Both the position numbers and the translations under genes were made by a program. DNA of 45,248 nt from Octopus sinensis (taxonomy: Eukaryota). The stretch spans positions 1-45,248 of the forward strand of contig NW_021834827.1 of assembly GCF_006345805.1 (NCBI RefSeq), given 5' to 3'. Positions 33,350-44,619 of the stretch are shown piece after piece. The notes below the pieces were generated by a model, which searched no databases, was not told the DNA's origin, and saw nothing but the letters and a program-made list of their open reading frames with translations. Position 1 is the stretch's first letter. Every line of letters begins with the position of its first letter.

Positions 33350-33768
33350 ATTTCCCAACCACATGGTTTCGGGTTCACTGCGTAGCACCTTGGGCCGACC
33401 AAAGCCAGAAATTGAAAGAAGTCCACCGTGTATATAAAGACCCCCTTCGGTCATGACACAGACGATGGGATTGCACCTAGAAAGTTACCCTCCCAGGCAC
33501 AAGTCTGGGTAATGTTGTTTATGGAAGACCAGCAGCCGCCCATGCATACCAACCTCCCCTATCCACGCCACCAGTGTTATCCAAGGGAAAGGCAAAGGGG
33601 CCGATACAGCTTGGCACCATGTGATGTTGCAACTCATTTCTATAGCTGAGGGAACTGGAGCAACGTGAAATAAAGAACCCAACACGCAGCCCGGTCCGGG
33701 AATCGAACTCACAAACTCACGATCGTAAGCTCGACGCTCTAACCACTGAGCTACGCACTTTCACACCG

Positions 33769-33804
<36 letters not shown>

Positions 33805-34000
33805 GTCTGTATTTGTCCCTCACCATCGCTTAGTCTATGTTGGTGTGTTTACGTCTCCATAACCTAGCGGTTCGGCAAATACACCGATAGAATAAGTACT
33901 AGGCTTACAAAGAATACGTCCTGGGGTCGATTTGCTCGACTAAAGGTGGTGCTCCAGCATGGCCACAGTCAAATGACTGAAACAAGTAAAAGAATAAAAG
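33350..34000 (+). mobile_element. SINE group A interrupted by SINE group B (body 1, tail 3; 33438-33764, -)
   Basis: The B copy is flanked by accgtgtatata / accgtatatata. Confidence 0.8.
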
Positions 34001-34070
34001 AATTTACTGTAACTCTACCTTCGGTATTCGAGTACTATTTTTTTCCCACGTTATTTTACATTTATGCTTA

Positions 34071-34071
<1 letters not shown>

Positions 34072-34107
<36 letters not shown>

Positions 34108-34232
34108 GGAGTGAGAGAGAAAAAAAAGAGAGAGAGAAAGAAAGAGAGAGGGAAGGAGAAAGAGAGAGAGAAAGAGAAGAGAGAGAGAGAAAGAGAAGAG
34201 AGAGAGAGAGACAGAGAAAGAGAGAGAGAGAG

Positions 34233-34275
<43 letters not shown>

Positions 34276-34470
34276 ATGAAAGAAAGGGATGAGAGAGAGA
34301 GAAAGAAAGAAAGAAAGGGAATGAGAGAGAGAGAGAGAAAGAAAGAAAACGAGAGAAAGAGAGAGAGAAAGAGAAAGAGAGAGAAAGAGAGAGAGAGAAA
34401 GAAAGAGAGAGAGAGAGAGAGAATGAAAGAAAGAAAGGGAATATGAGAGAGAGAGAGAGAAGGAGAGAGA
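34072..34470. repeat. (TG)n then (GA)n-rich tract
   Basis: Direct reading. Confidence 0.95.
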
Positions 34471-35049
34471 TGATTCCAGTACTTAATTGCTATTTTATTT
34501 AATGAACCCAAACCGTTAAACAAGCAAAGCTGACGTTGTTAGCGGGATTTGAACTCAGAACTCTAAATATCTGGAAGCAATGCCACCGCTCATTTCGGTT
34601 CGGTGCCACTAAACGGTTCTGCCAGTTCGTTCGTCATTGAGACAATTCTTCCTTTGACGTGTCTCCAAGACCAACACAAGACACAAAACACAAATAAATA
34701 AATTAAATAAACCCCGGCATTGTTTTCTGTTTTAGCGATAAAGACTTTTGCCAATTAACAGAACTGATAACAGCTGGTGCTGAAGTTTGGGAGGTGGTGG
34801 TGGTCGTGGTTGTGGGGGGGGGGGTAATTAGACAGAGAGGTGGTGTGGGGTGTGAGGAAGGAAGGGGTGACGCACTGGCTGTTGGTCGACGTTGGGGGGA
34901 GACGGGTGGATCGGGATAGGGTGGTGGAGGGTTATCGGAACCTCGACAGAACCGAAGTACACGCGACAACGATAAGTCATTTTGGCCGGAGTTATCTAAA
35001 GAAAGAAAGAGAAAAGGAAAAGAAAAAAAAAAGTGCTTGTGACAATATT

Positions 35050-35830
35050 CTGTGTGTGTGTCTGTGTGTGTGTCTGTGTCTGTATGTGTCTGTGTTTGTG
35101 TGTGTGTGTGTGTGTGTGTAGGTATTTATTAATATTTGTATGTGTGTGTCTGTGTTTACGTGTGTATGTGTGTGTCTAGGTATTTATTAATATTTCTATA
35201 TATGTGTGTGTTTACGTGTGTATGTGTGTTTAGTTGTGTGTGTGTGTGCGTATGTTTAGATGTGTGTATGTGTATGTGTTTGTATATAGATACGTGTGTA
35301 TATGTGTGTTTAGATGTGTGTGTGTGTGTAGGTATTTATTAATATTTGTATGTGTGTATGTGTTTATATATAGATACGTGTGTATGTGTGTGTGTGTAGG
35401 TATTAATATTTTTATGTGTGTGTCTGTGTTTACGTGTGTATGTGTTTGCGTATAGATACGTGTGTATGTGTGTATTTAGATGTGTATGTGTGAGTGTCTA
35501 GGTATTTATTAATATTTGTATATATGTGTATGTATGTGTGTATGTGTGTGTTTAGGTGTGTGTTTGTGTATAGATACGTGTGTGTGTGTTAGTATTTGTG
35601 TATAAATATATATGTGTGCTTGTTTAGGTATTTGTGGTTGTGTGTAGATATGTGTGTGTCAAGGTATGTATTAACGACTGTGATTAGATAGATGTGTGTG
35701 TGTGTCTGGATACATTTGTATGTGTACATGTGTTAAGGTGTGTATTTGTGTATAGATACGTGTGTGTGGTTGTATGTGTGTGTGTATGTGTGTTTCTGAT
35801 TAATGAGTGTATTTGTGTGTGTGATTCAGG
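35050..35830. repeat. (TG)-based minisatellite punctuated by taggtatttattaatatttg and tatagatacg
   Basis: Motifs recur at about 35119, 35177, 35329, 35397 and 35499. Confidence 0.9.
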
Positions 35831-36327
35831 TGTCTATAAGTGTATGTGCAATATGTTTAGGTGCAAGTTTAGGCATTGTTTCGGTATTAGTAAATGACGT
35901 CAGCCACGAGGGAGTGACTGTGCGAGTGTAGAATCTTTTTACGGTTCTTTTCATTGGTTGAAATTGCCGAAATATGAGACGTTTAACAAGAAATAGCTTA
36001 CAAACTACAGAATTTTCTCAAGAAAGCCAAGAGAAAAAGATGTTTTATGTGACACATTCGACCAGTATACGAAGTTTAAAAGTGTTTAGTTGCAAAAAAT
36101 TATTTTTTAAATCTGTCGGTCAAAGTGAAAAGATCCCATAACAGATTCATAGCGACCCCTAATTCACTGCCTCCCTCTCAATACTTGCTTTTCTCTATCG
36201 TCCCCCTCATCCCATCTCATCGTCCCCTTAGGCACCAGCCCCCGCCTGGACCGTCTCAGCGCCCATCGGTGGGGCAGTAGCGCCCACTTTGAGAGCCTAT
36301 GATATATCTATTTATAAAAGAGAGAAA

Positions 36328-36469
36328 TAGTGTATGTATGTATGTATGTATGTATGTATGTATGTATGTATGTTATGTATGTGTGTGTGTATGTATGTAT
36401 GTATGTATGTACGTACGTATGTATGTATGTATGTATGTATGTGTGTATGTATGTATGTATGTATGTATG

Positions 36470-36501
<32 letters not shown>

Positions 36502-36598
36502 TGTACGTACGTGTGTATGTATGTATGTGTGTATGTATGTATGTATGTATGTATGTAATGTATGTAATGTATGTATGTATGTACGTACGTATGTATGT

Positions 36599-36629
<31 letters not shown>

Positions 36630-36658
36630 AATAAAGTACAGAGGTAGATAGATAAAGT

Positions 36659-36694
<36 letters not shown>

Positions 36695-36780
36695 TAAAGA
36701 GAAATACAGAGAGATAAGGCCAAAGAAATAGAGATAGGTATATACATTTAGAGAGAGAGAAATAAATAGAGAGATAGGAA
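36328..36780. repeat. (TATG)n and (GA)n microsatellites
   Basis: Direct reading. Confidence 0.95.
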
Positions 36781-37370
36781 GAGTTGTGGTAGGTGGAGAA
36801 GTTTCTACAATTAGTTCAGTCGGAAAGTTATTTGCGAATAGAAAACAAGGCCCATACGTATATACACCATAAACCATATATATATACATTATAAACCCGT
36901 ATATACACACCTTAGCTGTCAGGTAAGCATATAAAGATTCATTTGTCTCACTTTTTAACCAATTTCGTTCATTGAACAACGAAACAAGCGAATAAGGTTG
37001 GCCGGGCATCTTGTGCGTTCACTCACTATGCTAGAAATAGCGACCGAATCTTCATCGAATAAGTTGAGCGAAGGATATGTAGTAACATTAGACGATGTGA
37101 TCTAAGGTACACCATTTTATGGGGGTGGGGGTGTTCTATTTGTTTTTTACTTTTTTCAGTCTGCGGCAATTCTGGAGCACTACCCTGAATGGGATTAAGT
37201 AGGACAACTTCCTCGCACACCCGCCACCGCCGAAAATACTTTCTCTTTTAAAGTTTGACACTTATTCTTTCGGTTTCTGTCATGTTCTAGCGATGTAACA
37301 AACCTCCACCTGTTGTCAATCAGTGAAAGGGACACTCACACACGCATATACATATATGCGTATATATATA

Positions 37371-37441
<71 letters not shown>

Positions 37442-37442
37442 T

Positions 37443-37475
<33 letters not shown>

Positions 37476-37499
37476 TATATATAATATATATATATATAT

Positions 37500-37723
37500 A
37501 GGCGAGCTGCAGAAACGTTAGCACGCCGACGAAATGCGTAGCCTATTTCGTCTGTCGTTACGTCTGAGTTCAAATTCCGCCGAGGTCGACTTTGCCTTTC
37601 ATCCTCTCGGGGTCGATAAATAAAGTACCAGTTACGCACTGGGGTCGATGTAATCGACTTAATCCCTTTGTCTGTCCTTGTTTGTCCCCTCTGTGTTTAA
37701 CCCCTTGTGGGTAGTAAAGAAAT
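37500..37723 (+). mobile_element. SINE group C monomer
   Basis: ggcgagctgcagaaacgttagcacgcc..gagttcaaattccgccgaggtcgactttgcctttcatcc..gtaaagaaat; follows a long (TA)n. Confidence 0.9.
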
Positions 37724-37929
37724 ATATATGTGTGTGTGTTTAGAAGGCTGTTTGTTGTCATCGAGGGACCGTTGGTTTCGCATCTATAAGGCGCGTAGCA
37801 GTAAAGGCGACTGGTCAAACACAAATGGCCGGAGGCACAAAACTGCTGTGACCAACCATAACAAACTGTCTTCTAAATATATTAATGTTTTACAGTGTTT
37901 CTTTATATATATGTGTGTGTGTGTGTGTG

Positions 37930-38178
37930 TGGAGGCACGTGGCCTAGTGGTTAGGGTGTCAGCATCATGATCGTAAGATTGCGGTTTCGATTCCTGGACC
38001 GGGCGATGCGTTGTGTTCTTGAGCAAAACACTTCATTTCACGTTGCTCCAATCCACTCAGCTGGCAAAAATGAGTAACGCTGCGATGGACTGGCGTCCCG
38101 TCCAGCTGGGGAGCACATACGCCATTGAAACCGGGAAAACCATGTCCATGAGCCTGGCTAGGCTTTAAAAGGACATAT
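37930..38178 (+). mobile_element. SINE group B (body 1, tail 1)
   Basis: ggaggcacgtggcctagtggttaggg..ggtttcgattcc..gtgttcttgagcaaaacact..gatggactggcgtcccgtccag. Confidence 0.88.
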
Positions 38179-38186
38179 TTATTATT

Positions 38187-38243
<57 letters not shown>

Positions 38244-38253
38244 ATATATATAT

Positions 38254-38604
38254 GGAAGCACTCCGTCGGTTACGACGACGAGGGTTCCGGTTGATCCGAT
38301 CAACGGAACAGCCTGCTCGTGAAATTAACGTGTAAGTGGCTGAGCACTCCACAGACACGTGTACCCTTAACTTAGTTCTCGGGGATATTCAGCGTGAGAC
38401 AGAGAGTGACAAGGCCGGCCCCTTGAAATACAGGTACAACAAAAACAGGAAGTAAGAGTGAGAGAAAGTTGTGGTGAAAGAGTACAGCAGGGGTCACCAC
38501 CATCCCTGCCGGAGCCTTGTGGAGCTTTTAGGTGTTTTCGCTTAAAAACCGCGATCCTACGACCGCAAATCCGCTGCCCTAACCACTCGGCCATTTCACC
38601 TCCA
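38254..38604 (-). mobile_element. SINE group B (body 2, tail 2)
   Basis: Reversed head ggaggtgaaatggccgagtggttagggcagcgg; body 2; tail ending cgtaaccgacggagtgcttcc. Confidence 0.88.
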
Positions 38605-38621
38605 TATATATATATATTATT

Positions 38622-38858
38622 ATTAGATAATAAAACGAACGGTTTATACCTGGTAGCTTGCACGGTCACTTCCACAGTGCTCGTTATGTTTTTGGTTAAT
38701 GAGAGATGGAAGGTATGAGAATTTTTATTAATCACTACAATTGTTTTGACCCATGTAGTATCGATCCCTCACGGGTGCGATATCCAACAACTGGTTCAGA
38801 AGCATCCGATGGTTCAGCTGTCTTTTTGGGTAATAAATAGGATAGAACCCGTTAGAAT
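38622..38858 (-). mobile_element. Possible Penelope-like terminal remnant
   Basis: On the minus strand: a half-hammerhead ggtc-aaaa-caattg-ta (one change from cGAAA), then AATAAA, then GCTACCAG|GTATAA. Confidence 0.45.
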
Positions 38859-38859
38859 A

Positions 38860-39050
38860 TATTTCTTTATTGCCCACAGGGGGCTAAACACAGAAGGGAC
38901 AAACAAGGACAGACAAAGGGATTAAGTTGATTACATCGATCCCCAGTGCGTAACTGGTACTTTATTTATCGACCCCGAGAGGATGAAAGGCAAAGTCGAC
39001 CTCGGCGGAATTTGAACTCAGAACGTAACGACAGATGAAATATCGCTAAG
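38860..39050 (-). mobile_element. SINE group C, 5'-truncated
   Basis: Reverse complement of 37540-37723. Confidence 0.88.
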
Positions 39051-39087
39051 TCAACAGTTCGCGCAAGGTCTCTCCCTAACCAAGTGT

Positions 39088-39122
<35 letters not shown>

Positions 39123-39123
39123 A

Positions 39124-39595
39124 CACAGGGTGATGCTGAAAAGTTCCTGGTTTTTAGGGTATTGTGAAAGGCCATGCTAGAGGTCCGACCTTCCGAGTTC
39201 TTTTACAAGGTTTAGAAAAACCGAAGGACCACTGTGATAAGTGTGTGCATGTGAGAGGGGAACATGTTAAATAAAAAGTCATAATTAACTGATCCTTCTG
39301 TATTTTCTTTTATCCAGAGCCAGAAACTTTTCAACACCCCTCATATGTATGTATAAAATATATATATGAGGTGGGGGCAGAAAAGCTCTTGGCTTTAAGG
39401 GTGTCACAAAATGCTTGGTTAGGGGCCCAAACTTCCAAGTTCTTTTACAGAGCTTAGAAAAACTGAAGGGCCACTGCAGTAAATGTGTGAATCTGGGAGG
39501 GGAATATCTTCAATAAAATCATAATTAACTGATCCTCGTTATAAAAATTTAGCTTTTCTTTTGCCCAAAGCCAGGAATTTTTCAACACCCCCTAC
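39124..39595 (+). mobile_element. Two adjacent mariner-derived MITEs (39124-39344, 39366-39595)
   Basis: TIRs ggtgatgctgaaaagttcctgg / ccagaaacttttcaacacccctc. Internal frames LQGLEKPKDHCDKCVHVRGEHVK* and LEKLKGHCSKCVNLGGEYLQ* resemble the mariner transposase end (GIxKLxxRWxKCVxxxGxYVE). Confidence 0.8.
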
Positions 39596-39862
39596 CTACA
39601 CAAGTCTGCCCCTCCTTGAGTTTGCTTTGGTCCCTATTAGGAGTTGACTTGCTTGACAAAGCCCATGTGATGTAACAATTGAAGTAACTGCACCGATATC
39701 TGTGATGTTGTTGTTGTTGTGTTGTTCTTGCTGCTACATGTATATTCATTGTGGAATGCATCTCAGTGATCCAGCCCCCAAAAGGGATAAAGAATAAAGG
39801 ATAACGATCCTTTCTGAGTCATCTAGTCTCAAAGGGCCAGTTTCAAGGGTTCTGTGGTGTGC

Positions 39863-40036
39863 TCTTTACTCTTTACTCTTTTACTTGTTTCAGTCATTTG
39901 ACTGTGGCCATGCTGGAGCACCGCCTTTAGTTTGAGCAAATCAACCCCAAGACTTTTTCTTTGTAAGCCTAGTACTTATTCTATCAGTCTCTTTTGCCGA
40001 ACCGCTAAGTTACGGAGACATAAACACACCAGCGTT
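39863..40036 (-). mobile_element. SINE group A, 3' half
   Basis: (tactctt)n tacttgtttcagtcatttgactgtggccatgctggagcaccgcc. Confidence 0.85.
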
Positions 40037-40150
40037 GGGCATGCATGCAAGGAAAAGACTTATTTTGTTGAAGCTTGTAATCAAAGCTGTCCAATTATGA
40101 CCATCCTGTCTTTTTCTTTTCAGACTGTTTATAAGATTGCATTATCTAAT

Positions 40151-40467
40151 GCAGTCTTTCCCGACCATTTTTTTACCTATGGACCCCTTTAATTTGTATT
40201 TTACTCGGATGGTCCCTCATAGCCCTTCAATGTTTAAAAAATCCTTAAATCCTTAAATCCTTAAAAATGTTTTAGCCCGAAGGCCGCGGCCATACTGGGG
40301 CACCACTATATAATATTTTTTTTATAAGTAAATATTAAGAACTGTATAAAAAAATTGCTAAAATTTTTTTGTGTATTGTAGAAGTATAACTAATCCATAG
40401 ATTTTATGGATGGCCAGGGGTCTCATGGAACACTAGGGTTCATATGGACCCTAGTTGAGGACCACCA
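40151..40467. mobile_element. Degenerate hAT-like MITE
   Basis: Ends cagtctttcccgacc / agttgaggaccac resemble CAGTGGTTCCCAACC-type TIRs; tggaccc subterminal motifs. Confidence 0.45.
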
Positions 40468-40914
40468 ATGTGTCCTTCCTTTTTCAAAACTGTAGGGTGT
40501 AATTTGGGTGCTATTTCTAAGTCAAATGCCAAAGAACAGGTCAACACAGGTCAGATGTTATAGATGTCACTTATATCAGAATACATACACACATATCTAA
40601 ATCTATCTATCGTTGTAAAAATTTACCTTTCTTTTGCCCAAAGACGTTCCAGACATGACCATCCCATCAATTTTTTTATATATTTGTTTCAGTCAGCGAT
40701 CTGTAGTCATGCTGGAGCACCATTTTGAAGGGTTTACTTGAGCATATTGTTTTTGTGTACCTCTGTACTTGTTTTTGAGTTTGGTATTTAATCTATTGGT
40801 TTCTTTTGCTGAACCTCTAAGTTATGGGGATGTAAATAAAGCAACACCAGTTATTAAGCAGTGACTAGGTGACAAACACAAACATACATACATATGCACA
40901 CATACATACATGGA

Positions 40915-41382
40915 AATGACAAGTCCCTTAACCCCTGGGGTGGGGGTCGTTAAGGGGCTGCAACCGTACAATATTTCTATGGCAAGAAAGCTTGATGGAG
41001 CCCATCCCATTCCAGGCTGAGTGGTCTGGAGCAACATGAAATGAAGTGTTTTGCTCAAGAATACAATGGATTGCTCAGTCTAGGGATCGAAACCAAAATC
41101 AGTCCCTAATCTATTTCTTTATTACCCACAAGGAGCTAAACACAGATAGGACAAACAAAGACAGACAAACGGATTAAGTTAATTACATCGACCCCAGTGC
41201 GTAACTGGTACTTAATTTGTCGACCCCGAAAGGATGAAAGGCAAAGTCGACCTCGGCGGAATTTGAACTCAGAACGTAACGGCAGATGAAATACTGCTAA
41301 GCATTTTGCCCGGCGTGCTAACGTTTCTGCCAGCTCACCGCCTTTTAAGTCCAACACCCTAATCACTAAGCCACGCACCTCT
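40915..41382 (-). mobile_element. Old SINE group B interrupted by a full SINE group C (41112-41344, -)
   Basis: B core at 41015-41100, B head resumes at 41348-41382; C is complete with head ggcggtgagctggcagaaacgttagc. Confidence 0.8.
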
Positions 41383-41399
41383 CCACATACATACAAGTC

Positions 41400-43050
41400 C
41401 AAACTGAGGTGGGAAGCAATGAAATCAAGGGAGTAAGGGATTACAGGCCATACAGTGAATATGTGCTGAGATATAAGTGCTGAAATCTCAAAGAGAATAA
41501 GGTTCAGATGGAAGAGATTTAACTCAATAAAGATATGCTCCAAAGAAGGCTGGACAATGCCATGAATGCCAGACTCTTCGGTAGCATTGTCCTACTATGA
41601 AGAGGATAAAACATTAATTGGCTACAATACTACAAAGGGTCATGGAGAGATCCATGCTAAGGATATCATTACAAGAGCAAATTCAAAATGAGATCAAAAT
41701 AATAATAATAATGAAATTAGTGTATACAGTGCTCAGGTGCACCACAACTTGTCAAAAGTGTGTATAAAGCATCTGCAGTAATGTAGAAATGTCTGGGAAG
41801 CGAACAGTGTATGAGTCAGATCCATGCTTGTGTGTGTATGGAGGGGAGAAAATCAGGTGTAGTGTTGGCGAATCTCAGGAAGCATGGAAGTTTTGAAGGA
41901 TGCAGTGCTCCGACAACTAACAACTGATGCCGGCAGTTTGTTCCATGCTTCAGCAACTCTTAGCATGAAAAAATGTTTCCGAAAGAAAATTTAATTATTT
42001 TAATAATAATAATAATAATGAAATTATTGTATACAGTGCTCAGGTGCACCACAACTTGTCAGAAAGTGCATATAAAGTATATGCAGTAATGTACAAATGC
42101 CTGGAAGGAAAACAGTGTATGAGTTAGATACATGCTTGCGTGTGTATGGAGGGGAGAAAGATCAGGTGTAGTGTTGGCGAATCTCAGGAAGCATGGAAGT
42201 ATTGAAGGATGCAGTGCTCCAACAACTAACAACTGATGCTGGCGGTTTGTTCCATGCTTCAGCAACTCTTAGCGTGAAAAAATGTTTCCGAAAGTCATGG
42301 GAGCTGCGTTGTTTTCTGACTTTGTAAACATGTCCACGGGTGTTAGACAGGTGGAGTTTGAAAAGGTGCTCCGAGTTATTGTTTGTAAGATGGTTAATAA
42401 TTTTATGAGTGTTTGCCAAGTCAGCTGCCAGACGTCAGAGTTTCAATGTATCCATGCCCAGGGAAGTAAGGCGTTCAGAATATGGCAAATGCCTGATGGA
42501 GGGTATTCTCTTGGTTGTCAGATACAGGCTTGCGTGTGTATGGAGGGGAGAAAATCAGGTGTAGTGTTGGTGAATCTCAGGAAGCATGGAAGTTTTGAAG
42601 GATGCAGTGCTCCAACAACTAACAACTGATGCCAGCAGTTTGTTCCATGCTTCAGCAACTCTTAGCGTGAAAAAATGTTTCCGAAAGTCATGGGAGCTGT
42701 GCTGTTTTCTGACTTTGTAAATATGTCCACGGGTGTTAGACGGGTGGAGTTTGAAAAGGTGCTCAGAGTTATTGTTAGTAAGATGGTTGATAATTTTATG
42801 GGTGTCTGCCAAGTCAGCTGCCAGACGTCGGAGTTTCAATGTATCCATTCTTCAAGAACAGATCTGAGTGAGCAATGCGAATACCGAATACTGAAAGCCC
42901 GAGTTTTGCTGGGCCAGACAAGTCACAAGGCTTACAGGCAATCGGTGAACTTCCACAGTTGCCAAGTGGTACCAAAGAAATCGGAAAATGCCACTTGGAA
43001 ATCTCCCCACAATGATGGGAAGACAATTAGTTTAGTTCAGCAATTTAGGT
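41400..43050 (+). mobile_element. Old, decayed RTE-clade LINE (second family, RTE-2) split by a CR1 cluster
   Basis: 41440-41700 translates, with stops and shifts, to GHTVNMC*DISAEISKRIRFRWKRFNSIK..ARLFGSIVL..LQRVMERSMLRISLQEQIQNE. 42849-43030 continues ..KPEFCWARQVTRLTGNR*TSTVAKWYQRNRKMPLGNLP, matching RTE KWxWAGHVxRxxDxRWTxxVxxWxPRxxKRxxGRP. Confidence 0.8.
41699..42848 (-). mobile_element. Three head-to-tail CR1 3' fragments
   Basis: Copies at ~41699-41985, ~42001-42517 and ~42518-42848; ORFs 42162-42419 and 42555-42848 match ORF 28166-28639. Confidence 0.92.
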
Positions 43051-43144
43051 CAAGGTAAGAAAGAAGAATGCAATTTAGACAGAACTAGAAGCTCATTGTC
43101 ACCAGTGGTTTACAATTGCATCTGATGGCTGGGTCAATACTAGG

Positions 43145-43254
43145 ATATACATATATATATATATACACATGCATACATACATACATACATATATACATAC
43201 ATACATGCATACATACATACACACATATATATATATATACATACATACATACAT

Positions 43255-43285
<31 letters not shown>

Positions 43286-43325
43286 TACATACATACATAC
43301 ATACACACATACATACATACCTACA
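43145..43325. repeat. (CATA)n/(TA)n microsatellite
   Basis: Direct reading. Confidence 0.95.
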
Positions 43326-43734
43326 TCCACCATGGGTCATCGCAATTGCTTAAGGTAAAAATGAATTCCTCGCTCTTTCGGAAACATCAATCTTCGTATG
43401 ACCGCTTTCCACCACTTTGATGTTTTTTGTATTGAATACGTATCGCCACCGTGGGCCACTGCATCGAACACTTTGAACATATACTTCCAACTATATATCA
43501 ACTATACATGAACTATATATCAACTATACATGAACTCTAAGATGTCTGACTCCGTTGTGTATTATAAATGAATTCTTGTGTTTGACGGCATGAGCTGTCT
43601 CTTTTTATATATAACTTTTTTTGATAAGGTTCATTTCAGGAACTGAAACATGTTATAATGTATATATAAAAATTAAAAATTGTATAATACAGCAGCATTT
43701 TCGAACTTCATTTTTTTACAAAGATATATATATA

Positions 43735-44032
43735 TATATATACCAATTAAGACTGAACACGAAAGTGGACAGTCAACATGCTAGATATAGATGTCAAATC
43801 GCCATTTCCACATACGATTATGTTCTCAAACCATTGATTTGAGAACATAATCGTTTGTGGAGAATGGCGATTTGACATCTATATCTAGCATGTTGACTGT
43901 CCACTTTTTCGTGTTCAGTCCTTAATTGGTATATATAAATATTTTAATCTTCGGATTCTTTTTTAATATGCTAGACCACTGGTTTTAATTGATAAATATC
44001 AATTTCTACCCTTAATTAATTTTATATAAATT
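43735..44032 (+). mobile_element. Foldback element, probable PLE remnant with inverted 5' duplication
   Basis: Arms 43735-43830 and 43838-43936 around a 7-nt loop; only the right arm extends; embedded in (TA)n. Confidence 0.6.
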
Positions 44033-44203
44033 CATATATATATATATATATATATATAATGTGAAATAGAAAGATGAATAATCTTGTAGTAGATTAATCA
44101 AAAGTTTAACCGATACCTTAGTAGCAAAAATCACAGCAGTAAACAGCACGGTTGGAGGTACAACCATATGGTGTTGCAACCGTGCGTTGGTGCGGATAAT
44201 TGA

Positions 44204-44237
<34 letters not shown>

Positions 44238-44238
<1 letters not shown>

Positions 44239-44571
44239 AATAATAATAAGGGTAAAATTAATTAATTAGTAATTAATAATTTTACCGAGCAGTGTTCAGT
44301 ATGTAAAAGGACCATTTACGGTATATTTAAACATTACTTTATATAATTAGGGTTCAGCAAAAAATATTTACTTTACCATACACCAAACTTTTAGAAATAG
44401 CAGCGAAAGAATTTAGCTATTTCTCCTACTAAAAGAAGAGTCTCCCAGTATACATTGTCTGGGAGACTCTTCTTATAGTAGGAGAAATAGCTAAATTCTT
44501 TGGCTGCTATTTCTAAAAGTTTGGTGTGTGGCAAAGTAAAATCATTTTTGCTGAACCCTAATTATATAAAG

Positions 44572-44573
<2 letters not shown>
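44238..44573 (-). mobile_element. Foldback element, probable PLE remnant with inverted 5' duplication
   Basis: Arms 44335-44448 and 44459-44573 around a 10-nt loop; only the left arm extends; embedded between (TG)n and (TA)n. Confidence 0.6.
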
Positions 44574-44602
<29 letters not shown>

Positions 44603-44619
44603 ATGTATACACACACATA

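Noticed and set aside
33946-34446. 166-aa Glu/Arg/Lys-rich ORF
   Set aside because: SINE tail plus (TG)n and (GA)n repeats.
34736-34793. Acceptor-like ttgttttctgttttag with a short open frame
   Set aside because: No FN3-like residues, weak donor, and it runs into a G-rich simple repeat.
42675-43058. 127-aa + strand ORF ending near a CAAG|GTAAGA donor-like site
   Set aside because: The first part is antisense CR1 and the rest is an off-frame reading of the decayed RTE-2.
43330-43480. Open minus-strand frame MFKVFDAVAHGGDTYS.. and a possible transposon end
   Set aside because: No recognisable domain, splice sites or second TIR.
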